Shown here one piece after another: positions 10,171 through 20,614 of a stretch of DNA of 64,000 bases. Below the pieces are notes generated by a model. That model did not search any database, was not told the origin of the DNA, and saw only the letters and a list, made by a program, of their open reading frames with translations. The stretch spans positions 1 to 64,000 of the forward strand of contig DJZY01000064.1 of the NCBI GenBank assembly GCA_002450655.1. The letters run 5' to 3'. Both the position numbers and the translations under genes were made by a program. Within the stretch, counting starts at the first letter, position 1. Each line of letters opens with the position of its first letter. The stretch is from Gammaproteobacteria bacterium UBA6940. Lineage in GTDB: Bacteria > Pseudomonadota > Gammaproteobacteria > Pseudomonadales > UBA6940.

Positions 10171-10791
10171 GAAGTGTGCTAAAAGCGCAAAAAAAGTACT
10201 AAATAGTAATGAGTTATAGGGAACTATATTCTCATGCTATTTGTCCTATGGTAACATGCGCACTTCTTTATTGATGTGTGTATACACTCTGACGGCAATC
10301 ATTGTGTGTATCTAAAAATAAAGGCAGCGAACCTGATTTGGACCCTCATCTCAGCGAAGTTCCTGCCTTATATTCTTTTCTTATCTCTTGTCTGAGTTCA
10401 TACGGAATCTACTATCGAAATATTGAGACTTTTTAACGCTGTTCAAGCTTGATGTGAGCAACTTTGTTCTATTGGCAATGACTTTAAGGGCGTTGTCTAA
10501 ACTTGAGTGAATTTAATTCAGCATTATTTTTATAGTAAATGACAGACTTTTCACATCATTAAGCTCGATAATAGGTATACAGATAATGTCTTAAGGCATT
10601 TAAAAAGTGTAAGAGAATTGAAGCATTAATAAAGTCAAAAATGAATGGATTCATGACGCCTTAATAGGTCAATGTAAGAAGGACTCTTAGGTATATTAAC
10701 TGAGCTGAGTACAATTAAATCAAGCTCGATTAAGTTTAACCTTAAAAAAGGTAGCAACCACAAGTTGTTTTAATAAAGTAAGAGTAAGTCA

Positions 10792-12855
10792 ATGTTATCC
10801 ACCACTAGCGTTATCTCAAGTCAATTTAGTTCTGATTATGAAGTTCTATCCCAAAGCAACCAGTCTTTCGAGTTCGTCACCCGCAGCGTTTTAGCGCAAT
10901 CATTTAAACCTTTACGAGAAATTCCTGAACAGAGTTTGCTTAATAATATTCTTGAAATTAAACCTGAACATCAGACTGCACATAACCTTTTGACAACTCA
11001 TGAGGGGTTTCAAGAGATCCTATCAGCTTCAGAGCTCTTTAATAAAATGGGAGAGGCGCGAAGTGAAACGCAAGAGTTGCAGATGTATGAGTCTCACGTC
11101 AGTATACGAGCACTTGATGGTGATGCAAAAGATGTTGCTATTCAAGAAGCCCTAGACCAGCGAGCTGCAGTCTTAGTCAATGAGCAAGGGCAAGAAGCAC
11201 CGTTTAAAGCGATTGATGCAAATCAAATTGCCGATGAAATGATTAAGCACATTTTACATGATGGTGTAACCAGCGTTCACCCAGAGCTTGACGAACATTC
11301 TCTTGAATCTCTTGTACTCGATTCTGCAGAAATGGCTGCAAGTATTCATAACGAGTTTGCATTGGTTGAAGGTGTGCAAAACTACATCTTAACAAAATTA
11401 ACGGATATCCATCACGCTCACTTTTTAAATGACGTGCCATGGACTGAAGACGCCCAGAAAAGTGCGGTCGACGCCATGATTGAAGGCTTATCGGCAAAAG
11501 GTGCTGAGAGCAGTAGTGATCCAAGTGCGGTCAGCGAATTACAGTCCTTCGTTTCAAATCTGCCTGCAAATTACACAGTATCAAATCAAGGTAGTTATTT
11601 TAAAGCACGTAAATCTCAGTCAAATGAAACAGGGCTAGCACGACTTGATGCTACACAAATTAAGACTGCAAAAGGTGATGTGTATGAGTTGTTGAGTACG
11701 CTCACGGATCACCAAAAGTTTATGGTTGAGCAATTAACAAAAGCAGAGCTTGTGTATAGTTCTAAGTTTGTGAGAGGCTTTCAGGTTTTGTTGGCTCAAT
11801 ATCAGAATAAAGGCGATCAATCTTCAATTAAGTTTCATGATACGAGCTTGATGAGAAGGCTGATGAGGTCTCTCGATAAAGAGCAAAAAAGCAAACTTGG
11901 CACTTTAGATGGTTCATATGAGAAAGATAAACGAGCTGTACAACGTTTACTTCATTCTTTAGATAGCTCACAAATTGAGGCTGTAGAAAAGTTAACACAT
12001 ATTAAAGCAGAAAAAAATAAAGTACTAATAGGGCAAGGCGCATATGGTACTGTGCGCCTTGCTCGTAATGTTGAAACAGGTAAACTTTTTGTTATTAAAA
12101 AAATGCTTGACCGTAGTGCTGCTGAGCATGAAATTAAAAGTAATAATCTTGTTGGTGACGGTGCGCATTTTGTTACAGCAATAGATCACGCTCATGTTAA
12201 AACATCATGTTTTAATGGTGACTCTGTCGATAAATCCTATTTAATATTCCCGTATTATGATGCTGGTGATGGTGCACACATGATGTACAACCTGCAGCAG
12301 TTGAAAAACCAGAATCCTCAATCTGGTGAAATGAAACAAAAATTTATAGCCTATACGCTGTTAAGTGCTGTTGATGATTTGCATCAGCGAGACTTAGTTC
12401 ATCGTGATATAAAACCAGAAAATTTACTTTTTTCTTCTGAAGGTGCTATTGGACTTTCTGACTTCGGTTTAGCAGAAAATGACCACAACCCATATCGAAA
12501 CAAAGAAGCTGGAACACCAGGGTATTTGCCACCAGAGTTTGGTACTCAAAATTATACTGGCAAAGGGCATGACCTCTATTCAGCAGGTATGGCGATGTTG
12601 GAATTTGCGACAGGCCAATATATTGAAGAAGGTAAGACTATTAACCTCAAAGTGAATGGTCAAGATATCCCTTTATCCTTTAATGGGCCATTAATGCTTT
12701 GCAATGGTATAGACCCTAAAGTGCTTAAAAGTAAACTGCATTTTAACTCGTACAATGAAGTTATTGCTGGTCTGCTGGTAACAAATAGCGCTGCGCGTAT
12801 AGATGCAAAAAAAGCAAAAGCTTCACCTTACTTTGCTGACTTTAACGCCCTCTAA
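10792..12855 (+). CDS. Eukaryotic-like Ser/Thr protein kinase (LegK-like). ~400-aa N-terminal non-kinase region plus C-terminal kinase domain.
   Basis: 'IGQGAYGTV' G-loop, 'VIKKM', 'HRDIKPENLLF', 'DFGLAE', 'GTPGYLPPEF'. Confidence 0.8.
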   Translation: MLSTTSVISSQFSSDYEVLSQSNQSFEFVTRSVLAQSFKPLREIPEQSLLNNILEIKPEHQTAHNLLTTHEGFQEILSASELFNKMGEARSETQELQMYESHVSIRALDGDAKDVAIQEALDQRAAVLVNEQGQEAPFKAIDANQIADEMIKHILHDGVTSVHPELDEHSLESLVLDSAEMAASIHNEFALVEGVQNYILTKLTDIHHAHFLNDVPWTEDAQKSAVDAMIEGLSAKGAESSSDPSAVSELQSFVSNLPANYTVSNQGSYFKARKSQSNETGLARLDATQIKTAKGDVYELLSTLTDHQKFMVEQLTKAELVYSSKFVRGFQVLLAQYQNKGDQSSIKFHDTSLMRRLMRSLDKEQKSKLGTLDGSYEKDKRAVQRLLHSLDSSQIEAVEKLTHIKAEKNKVLIGQGAYGTVRLARNVETGKLFVIKKMLDRSAAEHEIKSNNLVGDGAHFVTAIDHAHVKTSCFNGDSVDKSYLIFPYYDAGDGAHMMYNLQQLKNQNPQSGEMKQKFIAYTLLSAVDDLHQRDLVHRDIKPENLLFSSEGAIGLSDFGLAENDHNPYRNKEAGTPGYLPPEFGTQNYTGKGHDLYSAGMAMLEFATGQYIEEGKTINLKVNGQDIPLSFNGPLMLCNGIDPKVLKSKLHFNSYNEVIAGLLVTNSAARIDAKKAKASPYFADFNAL

Positions 12856-13310
12856 TCGTCCCTAGCGACTTTAGGGCGTTGCCAAAAAGTATCCCATATT
12901 CTTCTCTTTTTCTCTCAATACTGAAAGGTTACAATGATGGCCTTTTGGTGTTTTTTTTGCCTTTAGGGTATGTTTTTTACTTAAAACAGTTTTTTTCATC
13001 ACAAAAAGATTTACTTTAACTGTAAAAAAGCGATTCTTTAAAAAAATGTCTTAATGCTTCATGATTGGGTCAAAGCCTTTTTGTTTTCTATATAAAAAGT
13101 TATAAGAAGTTGGTTGTATTTTTATTTTGAATGAAATGTTGAGCCCTTTTTTTTAATTTTTATTATTGTTAGTCGGTTTTTTTTGCATTTTTAAAATGTG
13201 GTAAAAATTCTTTTGTAATTTTGTGTTGTTCTAAAAAATTGGACTTTGTTAGGATTTAAATCGTTCTTTTGAAAAGAGCTAACAACATAAAATCATACTA
13301 AGGATAATGT

Positions 13311-15293
13311 ATGGCTACTTCTTCCGTATCAGCTAAAGGTGCTTTTGATAATACAGCACAGCAATTTTCGAGTGATCATGATCAGTCTCCATTAAGTCAG
13401 GTTTCACCGGTTAAAAATGGTCAAGTGAAACTAGATTCAACGAAGCTTGCAGATGCTCGTCAAAATAATAAACCAACAATTAATTTAGAAGAATTAATTG
13501 ATCGTTGGCCTGAAAATGTAAATGAAGAGCCAGCTTCAATGACTCGCTTGAATGATGGCGAAAGCTTTTTTACTGGTGTTTCTCGTGTAGCAGACAGGAT
13601 TGGTGAAGCAGATTGTGTACAGTCGCCATCAAAAGGCCCTTCAAAATACGTACCAGGAATGGACGTGAAGCAAGGTCAAGTTGGTATTATTACGGATAAA
13701 GGCAGTATTCAATACCGTAAGCCGGGCCACTACGCAACAACTGGAGTTAAGCCATGGAAAAAAGAAATTGGCGTGGTTAATATTCGTTTTGATGATGGCA
13801 AAGAATTTAATCCAATCCGCTCTGCATTAAATCAAAACCCAAATCTTGGCAGAGAAAATTTATCGGATCACTTTAGACAAGTTGTTGTTGCAAACCATCA
13901 GCTTGCAGTATTCCAAACACAGGGTATTGGTACTCATGTACGTCGCGGTCCAGCAACATATGTTTATGGCCCAGCAACTGAGTTACGCGGTACTGTAGAC
14001 CGTAATAACCTTGCTAATAAAGTGAATGTGAAGCGCCAAACTGAAGACACCACAAGTGCTTCAAGATCAACTCAAATTGAAACAAATCAATACGGTCAGC
14101 GAGTAGCAACACAGCGAGCTCACGGTACTGATATTCAAGTTCAAGATAAAGATCTTCTTGCTGGCAGCTACGAAGAAGTAGGTGGTGTTACTTTTGCAAG
14201 CCCAGCATCAGGTTTTAACTGGATTGTGCAAAATAAATCATTTGCTGATGGTTTCTTCACTGGCAATGGTTTAATGATTGGCCGTGATGGCACAACATTC
14301 CCTAAAAATGCTGAAGGCCAAATTAAGTTTGCTGATCTTGGACAGTACAGCCGCTCAACACCATTAATGGAGTTTAAGAGCAAAAATAACTACAACGTTA
14401 TTTGCCGTGCAATGTTGACATGGACACAAACACAGCCTGAGCTTTGGGAGCGTAATTCTGGTGCTTATAGCGATCCATTCGATGCACTTGAAGAGCCGTT
14501 AAAGCAAGCGCTACGTGATTGGTTAAACTCTGTTGATCATAAAGATGCCCTTGATGCAAAATCCCAGAAGTTTTCCAATGTAGAAGACCAACTTCTATCT
14601 GATCTTAATAAACAAGCATCTCGTTTAGGTATTAGCATTAAAGATCTTCAAATTTCTGATCTTCGCTTCCCTGACCTTGATGTTGAAAATGAAAAACTTG
14701 CAGCTGTAAAAGCAGCATCACGTCAAGATATTCAAACAATTCAAAGTAAAGCTGAAACTGAAAAAGCCAAGCTTGAAAGTAATCTACGTGGTAAGCAAGC
14801 AGAGCTAGAAACATTCCAAAAGCAAAACGCAATTGAGCAAGAGCGTGTTAACGCTGAAGAAATTCGCAATAAGCGTGAGCTTGATCTTCTTAACCTGAAG
14901 CAAGCTCGTGAAAAGAGTGAACTTGCAGCGAAGCAGCAGCTTGAGCTTGCACGTGTTGCTGGTGAAAACGAGATTTCACAAAAGCTTGCTGAAGGTATGT
15001 TGCAAAAAGCTGAGCTTGAAGCGAAGACATCTATGGCGATGGAAAAAGCCAAGCTTAAAGCGCTAACTGAAGTATTTGGTAATGATAGAGAGCTTCTCAT
15101 GGAAGTGCTCAGTCTACAATCACGTGAGCGTAACATGGCTCAGTTGGCTGATGCAGCAAAAGTAAATAACAATGTTTCATTGAACCTTGATAAAGGTGAT
15201 GAGCAAGAAGTAAGACGTATGAACAAAGGTTTTGCACCTCAAGCTGCTGTTGTAGCGCCTGTTGTGACAGAAACAAAGACATCTAAGTCTTAA
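13311..15293 (+). CDS. Large protein with C-terminal SPFH/flotillin-like coiled-coil (Ala/Glu/Lys-rich) region. N-terminal 400 aa of unknown function.
   Basis: C-terminal 'AETEKAKLE...QAELE...ELARVAGENE...KAELEAK' repeats resemble flotillin/YqiK tails. Long AT-rich promoter region upstream. Confidence 0.45.
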   Translation: MATSSVSAKGAFDNTAQQFSSDHDQSPLSQVSPVKNGQVKLDSTKLADARQNNKPTINLEELIDRWPENVNEEPASMTRLNDGESFFTGVSRVADRIGEADCVQSPSKGPSKYVPGMDVKQGQVGIITDKGSIQYRKPGHYATTGVKPWKKEIGVVNIRFDDGKEFNPIRSALNQNPNLGRENLSDHFRQVVVANHQLAVFQTQGIGTHVRRGPATYVYGPATELRGTVDRNNLANKVNVKRQTEDTTSASRSTQIETNQYGQRVATQRAHGTDIQVQDKDLLAGSYEEVGGVTFASPASGFNWIVQNKSFADGFFTGNGLMIGRDGTTFPKNAEGQIKFADLGQYSRSTPLMEFKSKNNYNVICRAMLTWTQTQPELWERNSGAYSDPFDALEEPLKQALRDWLNSVDHKDALDAKSQKFSNVEDQLLSDLNKQASRLGISIKDLQISDLRFPDLDVENEKLAAVKAASRQDIQTIQSKAETEKAKLESNLRGKQAELETFQKQNAIEQERVNAEEIRNKRELDLLNLKQAREKSELAAKQQLELARVAGENEISQKLAEGMLQKAELEAKTSMAMEKAKLKALTEVFGNDRELLMEVLSLQSRERNMAQLADAAKVNNNVSLNLDKGDEQEVRRMNKGFAPQAAVVAPVVTETKTSKS

Positions 15294-15404
15294 TGACGAT
15301 AAGAAGTAGAGGAAAGCCCTTTACTTCGGTCATGCTCTTAATTTAAAGCCTTAACCCTGTTACCATAGTGGTTTTTACGATGGTGATAAGGTTAAGGCTT
15401 TTTT

Positions 15405-16001
15405 ATGCAACCAATTTTGTACAGTTTTAGACGTTGTCCATATGCCATTCGAGCACGAATGGCGCTTCTCTTATATGGTGTTGCCTATGAGACCGTCGAA
15501 GTTTCCTTAAAAGAAAAACCAGAAGCACTCTTAAAGCTTAATCCAGCTGGAACCGTGCCAGTGCTTGTTATTGATGAAAATACAGTTATTGCTGAAAGTC
15601 TTGATATTATTCGTTGGGCTATGGCACAAAATGAAAAGCAGGGGCCACTTATTGCAGGCGAGTCTCAAATGATGCAAGAGCTGATTCAAATCAATGATAC
15701 GCAGTTTAAGCACTGGCTTGATCGCTATAAATATGCAGATCGTCACCCAGAGCAAACAGAAGAAGACTATCAGTTTGAAGTGCAACGCTTTTTAAATCTC
15801 TATGATGCTCATCTGCAAACAAGTCAATTTTTTGCAGGTGTGAAGCCATCTATTGCTGATATAGCCATATTCCCATTTGTACGACAATGTGCCGCTGTAA
15901 AACCTGAGTGGTTTGATAGTTTAGCAATGCCTTCATTACAGCGTTGGTTAGACTACTGGCTTAATAATGACGCCTTTAAAGAAGTGATGAAGAAAGTTTA
16001 A
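15405..16001 (+). CDS. Glutathione S-transferase family protein
   Basis: N-terminal thioredoxin-like GST fold 'YSFRRCPYAIRARMAL...NPAGTVPVLV...ESLDIIRW'. Confidence 0.7.
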   Translation: MQPILYSFRRCPYAIRARMALLLYGVAYETVEVSLKEKPEALLKLNPAGTVPVLVIDENTVIAESLDIIRWAMAQNEKQGPLIAGESQMMQELIQINDTQFKHWLDRYKYADRHPEQTEEDYQFEVQRFLNLYDAHLQTSQFFAGVKPSIADIAIFPFVRQCAAVKPEWFDSLAMPSLQRWLDYWLNNDAFKEVMKKV

Positions 16002-16132
16002 GTAATCGAAAAAAACGAGTATATTCTTGGTTATTTATTCACTTATTTCGTAAGCAAAGATAGAGAAGTGACTTGAAACTGGTTTAGAGTTATTCGACAT
16101 GCCACAGGTATACTGATTCAAGGAGTAAATCA

Positions 16133-17119
16133 ATGCCAGTTCAAGCCTCTCAATCTGTTCAAGGTCAATTTAATTCAGCTTTTGCTGCACCTGAATCAAC
16201 GGATAACTCTAAGCTTGGTGCTATTAGCAAACTTGCCAAAACCACGCTGCCTCTTGTTGATGCAAGTGCACCTATGCCAATGAATACACCTTTTAATAAA
16301 TCCTCAGAGAGTTTAGTCTTGGCTGAACCAACGCCAGAACAAGTCAAGCTTGCACCAAAGGCGTCTAAGCCAAATTGTTTATATACATTAGCTCGTAAAA
16401 CATTTAGAGGCATATTTAAGCTCGATAATATTCATTTAGATATTAATGGCTTGGAAAATGTTCGCAACCATAAAGGTGGTGCTGTATTAGTCGCAAACCA
16501 CCACTCTTTAACCGATGGTTTAATGGTTGGTGCTAAGCTTAAAGAAGAAAAAATACACTTTGTTGCAAAAGCTGAACTCTTTAATAGTCCAATTGGTGGT
16601 TTTCTTAAGTCTGTAGGTGCTATTCCTATGGATCGTGCTGGTGGTAAGGGCAGTGCTGATTCTCTTGCAGCTGTTAAAGAAAAGCTAGCTAAAGGCGAAA
16701 AAGTTTGCTTCTTCCCTGAAGGCACACTTTCAAAAGATGGTGCAATTCACAAAGGTAAAACAGGCATTGGCCGTTTACTTTTAGAGTCTGGTGCAGATTA
16801 TATTCCTGTGGGAATTCGTGGTCCATCAATTTCTCTATCTCCAACGACTTCCAAAGACGTTGAAGTTACTTTTGGAAAGCCTGTATCTATTAATGCTCTT
16901 GTTGAACGTTCTCAAAAAGGTACAAAATCTGTTGAGGATGTACAGAAGCTTGTTGCAGGTGAGCGGTCTGACGAATCTAAGCAAGCGCTTGAAGATGTGG
17001 TGTCAACTGTTATGCATGATATTCAAGATACATTAAATGGTGATCGTAAAGAAGGCAGTACGGGGTTCGTACCTTATGTCGATAATTACAGTATTTCACC
17101 AAATGCTAAAAAAGTGTAA
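16133..17119 (+). CDS. Lysophospholipid (1-acyl-glycerol-3-phosphate-type) acyltransferase, PlsC/LPLAT family, with N- and C-terminal extensions
   Basis: 'VANHHSLTDG' (HX4D). 'FFPEGTLS' motif III. 'IPVGIRG'. Confidence 0.75.
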   Translation: MPVQASQSVQGQFNSAFAAPESTDNSKLGAISKLAKTTLPLVDASAPMPMNTPFNKSSESLVLAEPTPEQVKLAPKASKPNCLYTLARKTFRGIFKLDNIHLDINGLENVRNHKGGAVLVANHHSLTDGLMVGAKLKEEKIHFVAKAELFNSPIGGFLKSVGAIPMDRAGGKGSADSLAAVKEKLAKGEKVCFFPEGTLSKDGAIHKGKTGIGRLLLESGADYIPVGIRGPSISLSPTTSKDVEVTFGKPVSINALVERSQKGTKSVEDVQKLVAGERSDESKQALEDVVSTVMHDIQDTLNGDRKEGSTGFVPYVDNYSISPNAKKV

Positions 17120-17141
17120 TTTTTGAATAAATTCGCAACTA

Positions 17142-17170
17142 ATAAAAACCACTCAGATGAGTGGTTTTTA
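17142..17170. terminator. Bidirectional Rho-independent terminator
   Basis: aaaaaccactc-agat-gagtggttttta lies between the convergent acyltransferase(+) and CDF(-) genes. Confidence 0.75.
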
Positions 17171-18106
17171 TTATGAGTGAGCAGGATGTTCACAGGGTTT
17201 ATATTCAAACTCAAGTGTCGAGTGATCAATATGAAACTTGTGTTGTAGCATTTTTTTCAATTCAACTTTAATGGTGTCCATATTAAAATCAGGATTAATA
17301 ACAACATGGGCTTCCATGGCAATTCTATGTTCGTCTATTTGCCATAAGTGAATATGGTGAGTATTTAGAACACCTTCAATATGTTCCATCTCATGTGTAA
17401 TATCGTTTCTATTAATATGAACAGGACTGCCTTCCATAAGTAAATGAATAACCTGTGGAATTTCAGTAAAACCTTGCTTTAAGACGAAGCCTGCAATTAG
17501 AAGTGTCATGAGGGCGTCTGTCCAAACCCAGCCATAAAGAAGAATTAAAGCACCAGAAATAATAACTGCAATAGATGCCATTGCATCTGTGATGTTATGC
17601 AAAAATGCTGCTCGCATATTCATGCTATTTTTTGATTGAGAGTAGGTGAGAGCTGCTGTGAAGATATCTACAATTAATGCAACACTAGCAATGATAACAA
17701 CAGTCCAACCAGCGATAGGCTCTGGGTTAATAAAACGAAGAATTGCTTCATAGCAAAGATAGAAGCCGATAATAATTAAAGATGTCAGATTCATCAGTGC
17801 TGCAATGGTTTCAGCTCGCTTGTAGCCAAAAGTCTTATTGGCATCGGCAGGTTTGCGACCGATACGAATTGCGATTAAGGCAATAAACAATGATGCTGCA
17901 TCGCTTAAATTGTGCAGTGCATCTGCTACAAGTGACAATGAGCCTGATAAGATACCACCAACCACTTGTGCCAAAGTAAGGAGGCCATTGGCTGCTACAG
18001 CCCACCAGAGCTTTTGTTCACTCATGGTACTTGGGTCTATATGGTGGTGATGACCATGATGATGTCCATGCCCATGATGTTCATGATTGTGATGATGTAT
18101 ACTCAT
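17171..18106 (-). CDS. Cation diffusion facilitator (CzcD/ZitB-type Zn/Co/Cd efflux) with His-rich N-terminus
   Basis: 311 aa. 'HHHNHEHHGHGHHHGHHHH' tail. Six TM helices. 'HNLSDA' and 'HNITDA' CDF motifs. Confidence 0.85.
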   Translation of the reverse strand: MSIHHHNHEHHGHGHHHGHHHHIDPSTMSEQKLWWAVAANGLLTLAQVVGGILSGSLSLVADALHNLSDAASLFIALIAIRIGRKPADANKTFGYKRAETIAALMNLTSLIIIGFYLCYEAILRFINPEPIAGWTVVIIASVALIVDIFTAALTYSQSKNSMNMRAAFLHNITDAMASIAVIISGALILLYGWVWTDALMTLLIAGFVLKQGFTEIPQVIHLLMEGSPVHINRNDITHEMEHIEGVLNTHHIHLWQIDEHRIAMEAHVVINPDFNMDTIKVELKKMLQHKFHIDHSTLEFEYKPCEHPAHS

Positions 18107-18164
18107 AAAGCGTCCTGCTTATTGATCTAGAGGGACATACCGCCCTATATCTATAGTATACACC

Positions 18165-19727
18165 TCACTGTGAAAGAAGCTTCTTTTCAATATCTTTAAA
18201 AAATGGTGTATTCAAAGCTTCTTTGACAGAGAGCCGTGTTTCAGAGTTTTCATCGAGTAAACCAATAATGACTTGATCGAGTGTTGTAAAACTTAAATTG
18301 CTAAATAATGGTTTAAGTCGACTAGCCCCTAGGCAATTATTTTCTTTATCAAATAAGAGTGATGTTTCAAAGCCCATCACTTTGATGTGAGCCTCTTTAT
18401 GACAGTGAGGTACTTTACCGAGCTTTAATTCCAGCAGCGTTAAACCTAATGCAAAAGCATCATGCCCCTTACCTGTGTAGGTGGCTTTTTTCCATTCTGG
18501 TGGGAAATAGCCAGGTGTACCTGCCATTCGAGATTTATAGTGCGTAAAGTCATTGCCTTTTTCACTTATACCATAGTCTGCCAATACAATCTGACCATCA
18601 ACAGAGTGCATAAAGTTTTCCGGCTTTATATCACGGTGGATAAAGCCTTTATCATGTAGGGTTGCTACATTCTTAATATATTCAAGGCTAATATTCTCAA
18701 TTAAGTCTTGTGCTGCGACTGCATCTGTATTTCTTAATTCAGCAATATTTTTTGAAATTTTTCGACCATGCCCTGCATCATAGAGGGGTAGAACAATAAA
18801 TGAATCTGTTGATGAAATTTCATCGCTCTTTTGTTCTATTGATATATAGTCAATCATATGAATAAGACCATGTGCACGACCAATTTCTTTGTATTTTTCA
18901 ACTTCACGAATTGCATTTTCAGAATCTTTCATATGCTTTATAGCAACAAGCTCAGGTTCACCTGGTTCTGGGTTTATTACTTTTGCTAAAGCCACTATGC
19001 CATAGGCGCCTTGGCCTAAAATTGTTTTTTTCGATGTGAAATGCAGATGTGTAGAGCTGTTAATCGCATCAATAATATCTTGATCAGGTTTTTCAATGAG
19101 TTCATAAATAGTGCTTTTTGTTGATTTTATTTGGGTCGCTTGGTGTTGTACAAAACCTGTAGTACTCCTTGTTTGTAGCCTAAAAAGGCTTCCAGATGTA
19201 CTCTGTGTGTAATTATTGATATTTTGACGGAAGAGAGTATCAAGGGTAGGCTTTAATTCATTTTCTTTTTGAGCTGCAAATAATGGGTTAGCGTAAATTG
19301 CATCACTGATTTCTTTCTTCGAATTTGACTGAGTTTGTGTATTCCATGGGGTGTTTTGGCTAAATAAACGATATTGAATTTGATTGATAAGCTTTTGAAC
19401 CGCAGCTTCGAGCAACTGTGGCGAGAATTTTGGAGCTGTAATGTCTAGCTTTGTTTTAATAGAAGGAGAGCTAATACCTAAGTGTTTAAAAATAAAAGAT
19501 GGAATATGAGTATTAGGTTTAATAATACCTGTAAAGCTTCTTTGTTGTGGTGGTAGAACCAGTGCGCTTTGAAATATGTGGTGTAGCCGTGCTGGAACTC
19601 TTGTCACTTCAAGTGGAATGAACTGGCTTGCCAGCTTTTGACTGGCAGTCTTTGTTATAAGCTGCCTTTGAGTAGTAGACAGTATATGTGGAGTTTGTTG
19701 AAGTGTTCTAACAGGTGCCGATGCCAT
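18165..19727 (-). CDS. Eukaryotic-like Ser/Thr protein kinase (LegK-like), paralogous to 10792..12855
   Basis: 'LGQGAYGIV', 'VAIKHM', 'HRDIKPENFM', 'DYGISE', 'GTPGYFPPEW...TGKGHD'. Same C-lobe signature as the other kinase. Confidence 0.8.
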   Translation of the reverse strand: MASAPVRTLQQTPHILSTTQRQLITKTASQKLASQFIPLEVTRVPARLHHIFQSALVLPPQQRSFTGIIKPNTHIPSFIFKHLGISSPSIKTKLDITAPKFSPQLLEAAVQKLINQIQYRLFSQNTPWNTQTQSNSKKEISDAIYANPLFAAQKENELKPTLDTLFRQNINNYTQSTSGSLFRLQTRSTTGFVQHQATQIKSTKSTIYELIEKPDQDIIDAINSSTHLHFTSKKTILGQGAYGIVALAKVINPEPGEPELVAIKHMKDSENAIREVEKYKEIGRAHGLIHMIDYISIEQKSDEISSTDSFIVLPLYDAGHGRKISKNIAELRNTDAVAAQDLIENISLEYIKNVATLHDKGFIHRDIKPENFMHSVDGQIVLADYGISEKGNDFTHYKSRMAGTPGYFPPEWKKATYTGKGHDAFALGLTLLELKLGKVPHCHKEAHIKVMGFETSLLFDKENNCLGASRLKPLFSNLSFTTLDQVIIGLLDENSETRLSVKEALNTPFFKDIEKKLLSQ

Positions 19728-19844
19728 TACTTTGTCCTAAATTCTTTAGATTTAGGGGCATTCTCTTGAAAAAAGAAGCTTTGTGCAATTATTTGTTGCA
19801 CAAAGCCAGTTATTCTGGTTGGACTTTAGTTTTAGGTAAGCCTG

Positions 19845-20414
19845 TTACTCGGCTGCTGGGTTTGTAAAATGAGGCTCATCTCGCGCAGGTGAGTTAATAC
19901 TTGGCTGGTTAAAGTCTGGGTTGTCTGAATTGACATTTTGAGGTTCTGATGTTCGATCTGAAGGATGGTAAACAGGTGTTTCTATCACATGAGGTGGGCC
20001 ATCTATTCGGCGCTCAGCGGTGGAGTTATTGATTTCTGGCTGGTCGAAGTTAGGGCCATTTAAACCTGGATTCTCAAATTGCGGTTGACCTCTGGTTTTA
20101 TCAACATGTTCAGGGCCTTCAGTGACTGGCTGCGTAAACTCAGCACCTTCTGAAAAGGATTCATTATTTGTATCTTGAGTAAAAGCTGGGCCAGTGGTTG
20201 CAGGTTGAGAAAACTGTGAATCACTTTGATTGATAAAGGGCAGTCCTGCAACTTTAAAAGCTTGCGCCTCTGGTTCAGCGCTCGGATAAAAAGGGGACTG
20301 GTTGTAAACATTATCAGCTGAACTCATGTAAGCATCCTGTGCGCTGGTTTGAGCTTGTAAATAGGTGGCACTGCCTGCTAATAGAATTAAACTTAGAATA
20401 ATGTTTTGATTCAC
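19845..20414 (-). CDS. Secreted low-complexity repeat protein (signal peptide; repeated x-P-x-F-x-Q/N-P units)
   Basis: Signal peptide 'ILSLILLAGSATYLQA'. Recurring 'FTQP/FDQP/FNQP/FENP/FTNP' motifs. Confidence 0.5.
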   Translation of the reverse strand: MNQNIILSLILLAGSATYLQAQTSAQDAYMSSADNVYNQSPFYPSAEPEAQAFKVAGLPFINQSDSQFSQPATTGPAFTQDTNNESFSEGAEFTQPVTEGPEHVDKTRGQPQFENPGLNGPNFDQPEINNSTAERRIDGPPHVIETPVYHPSDRTSEPQNVNSDNPDFNQPSINSPARDEPHFTNPAAE

Positions 20415-20614
20415 GTTAATGTCCTCGTACTTTAATATTATTAAAAGGGAATATAAGAACTATAAAGAATTGCCTGTGTGGCTGCCGTGAAAGATTTTTT
20501 AAATGAACGATTTGTATTTTTTAGATACAGGTTATTACCCAATGACAACATCTTATGCTTTATTCTCTTAGGCAAATTCCTAAATGTCATCGTTATTTAA
20601 TTCAGGAGCATCTC

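Noticed and set aside
14741-15136. 131-aa Ser/Leu-rich ORF antisense to the coiled-coil region of 13311..15293
   Set aside because: Low-complexity mirror of the A/E/K-rich sense frame (GCT/GAA repeats read in reverse). Classic antisense artefact.
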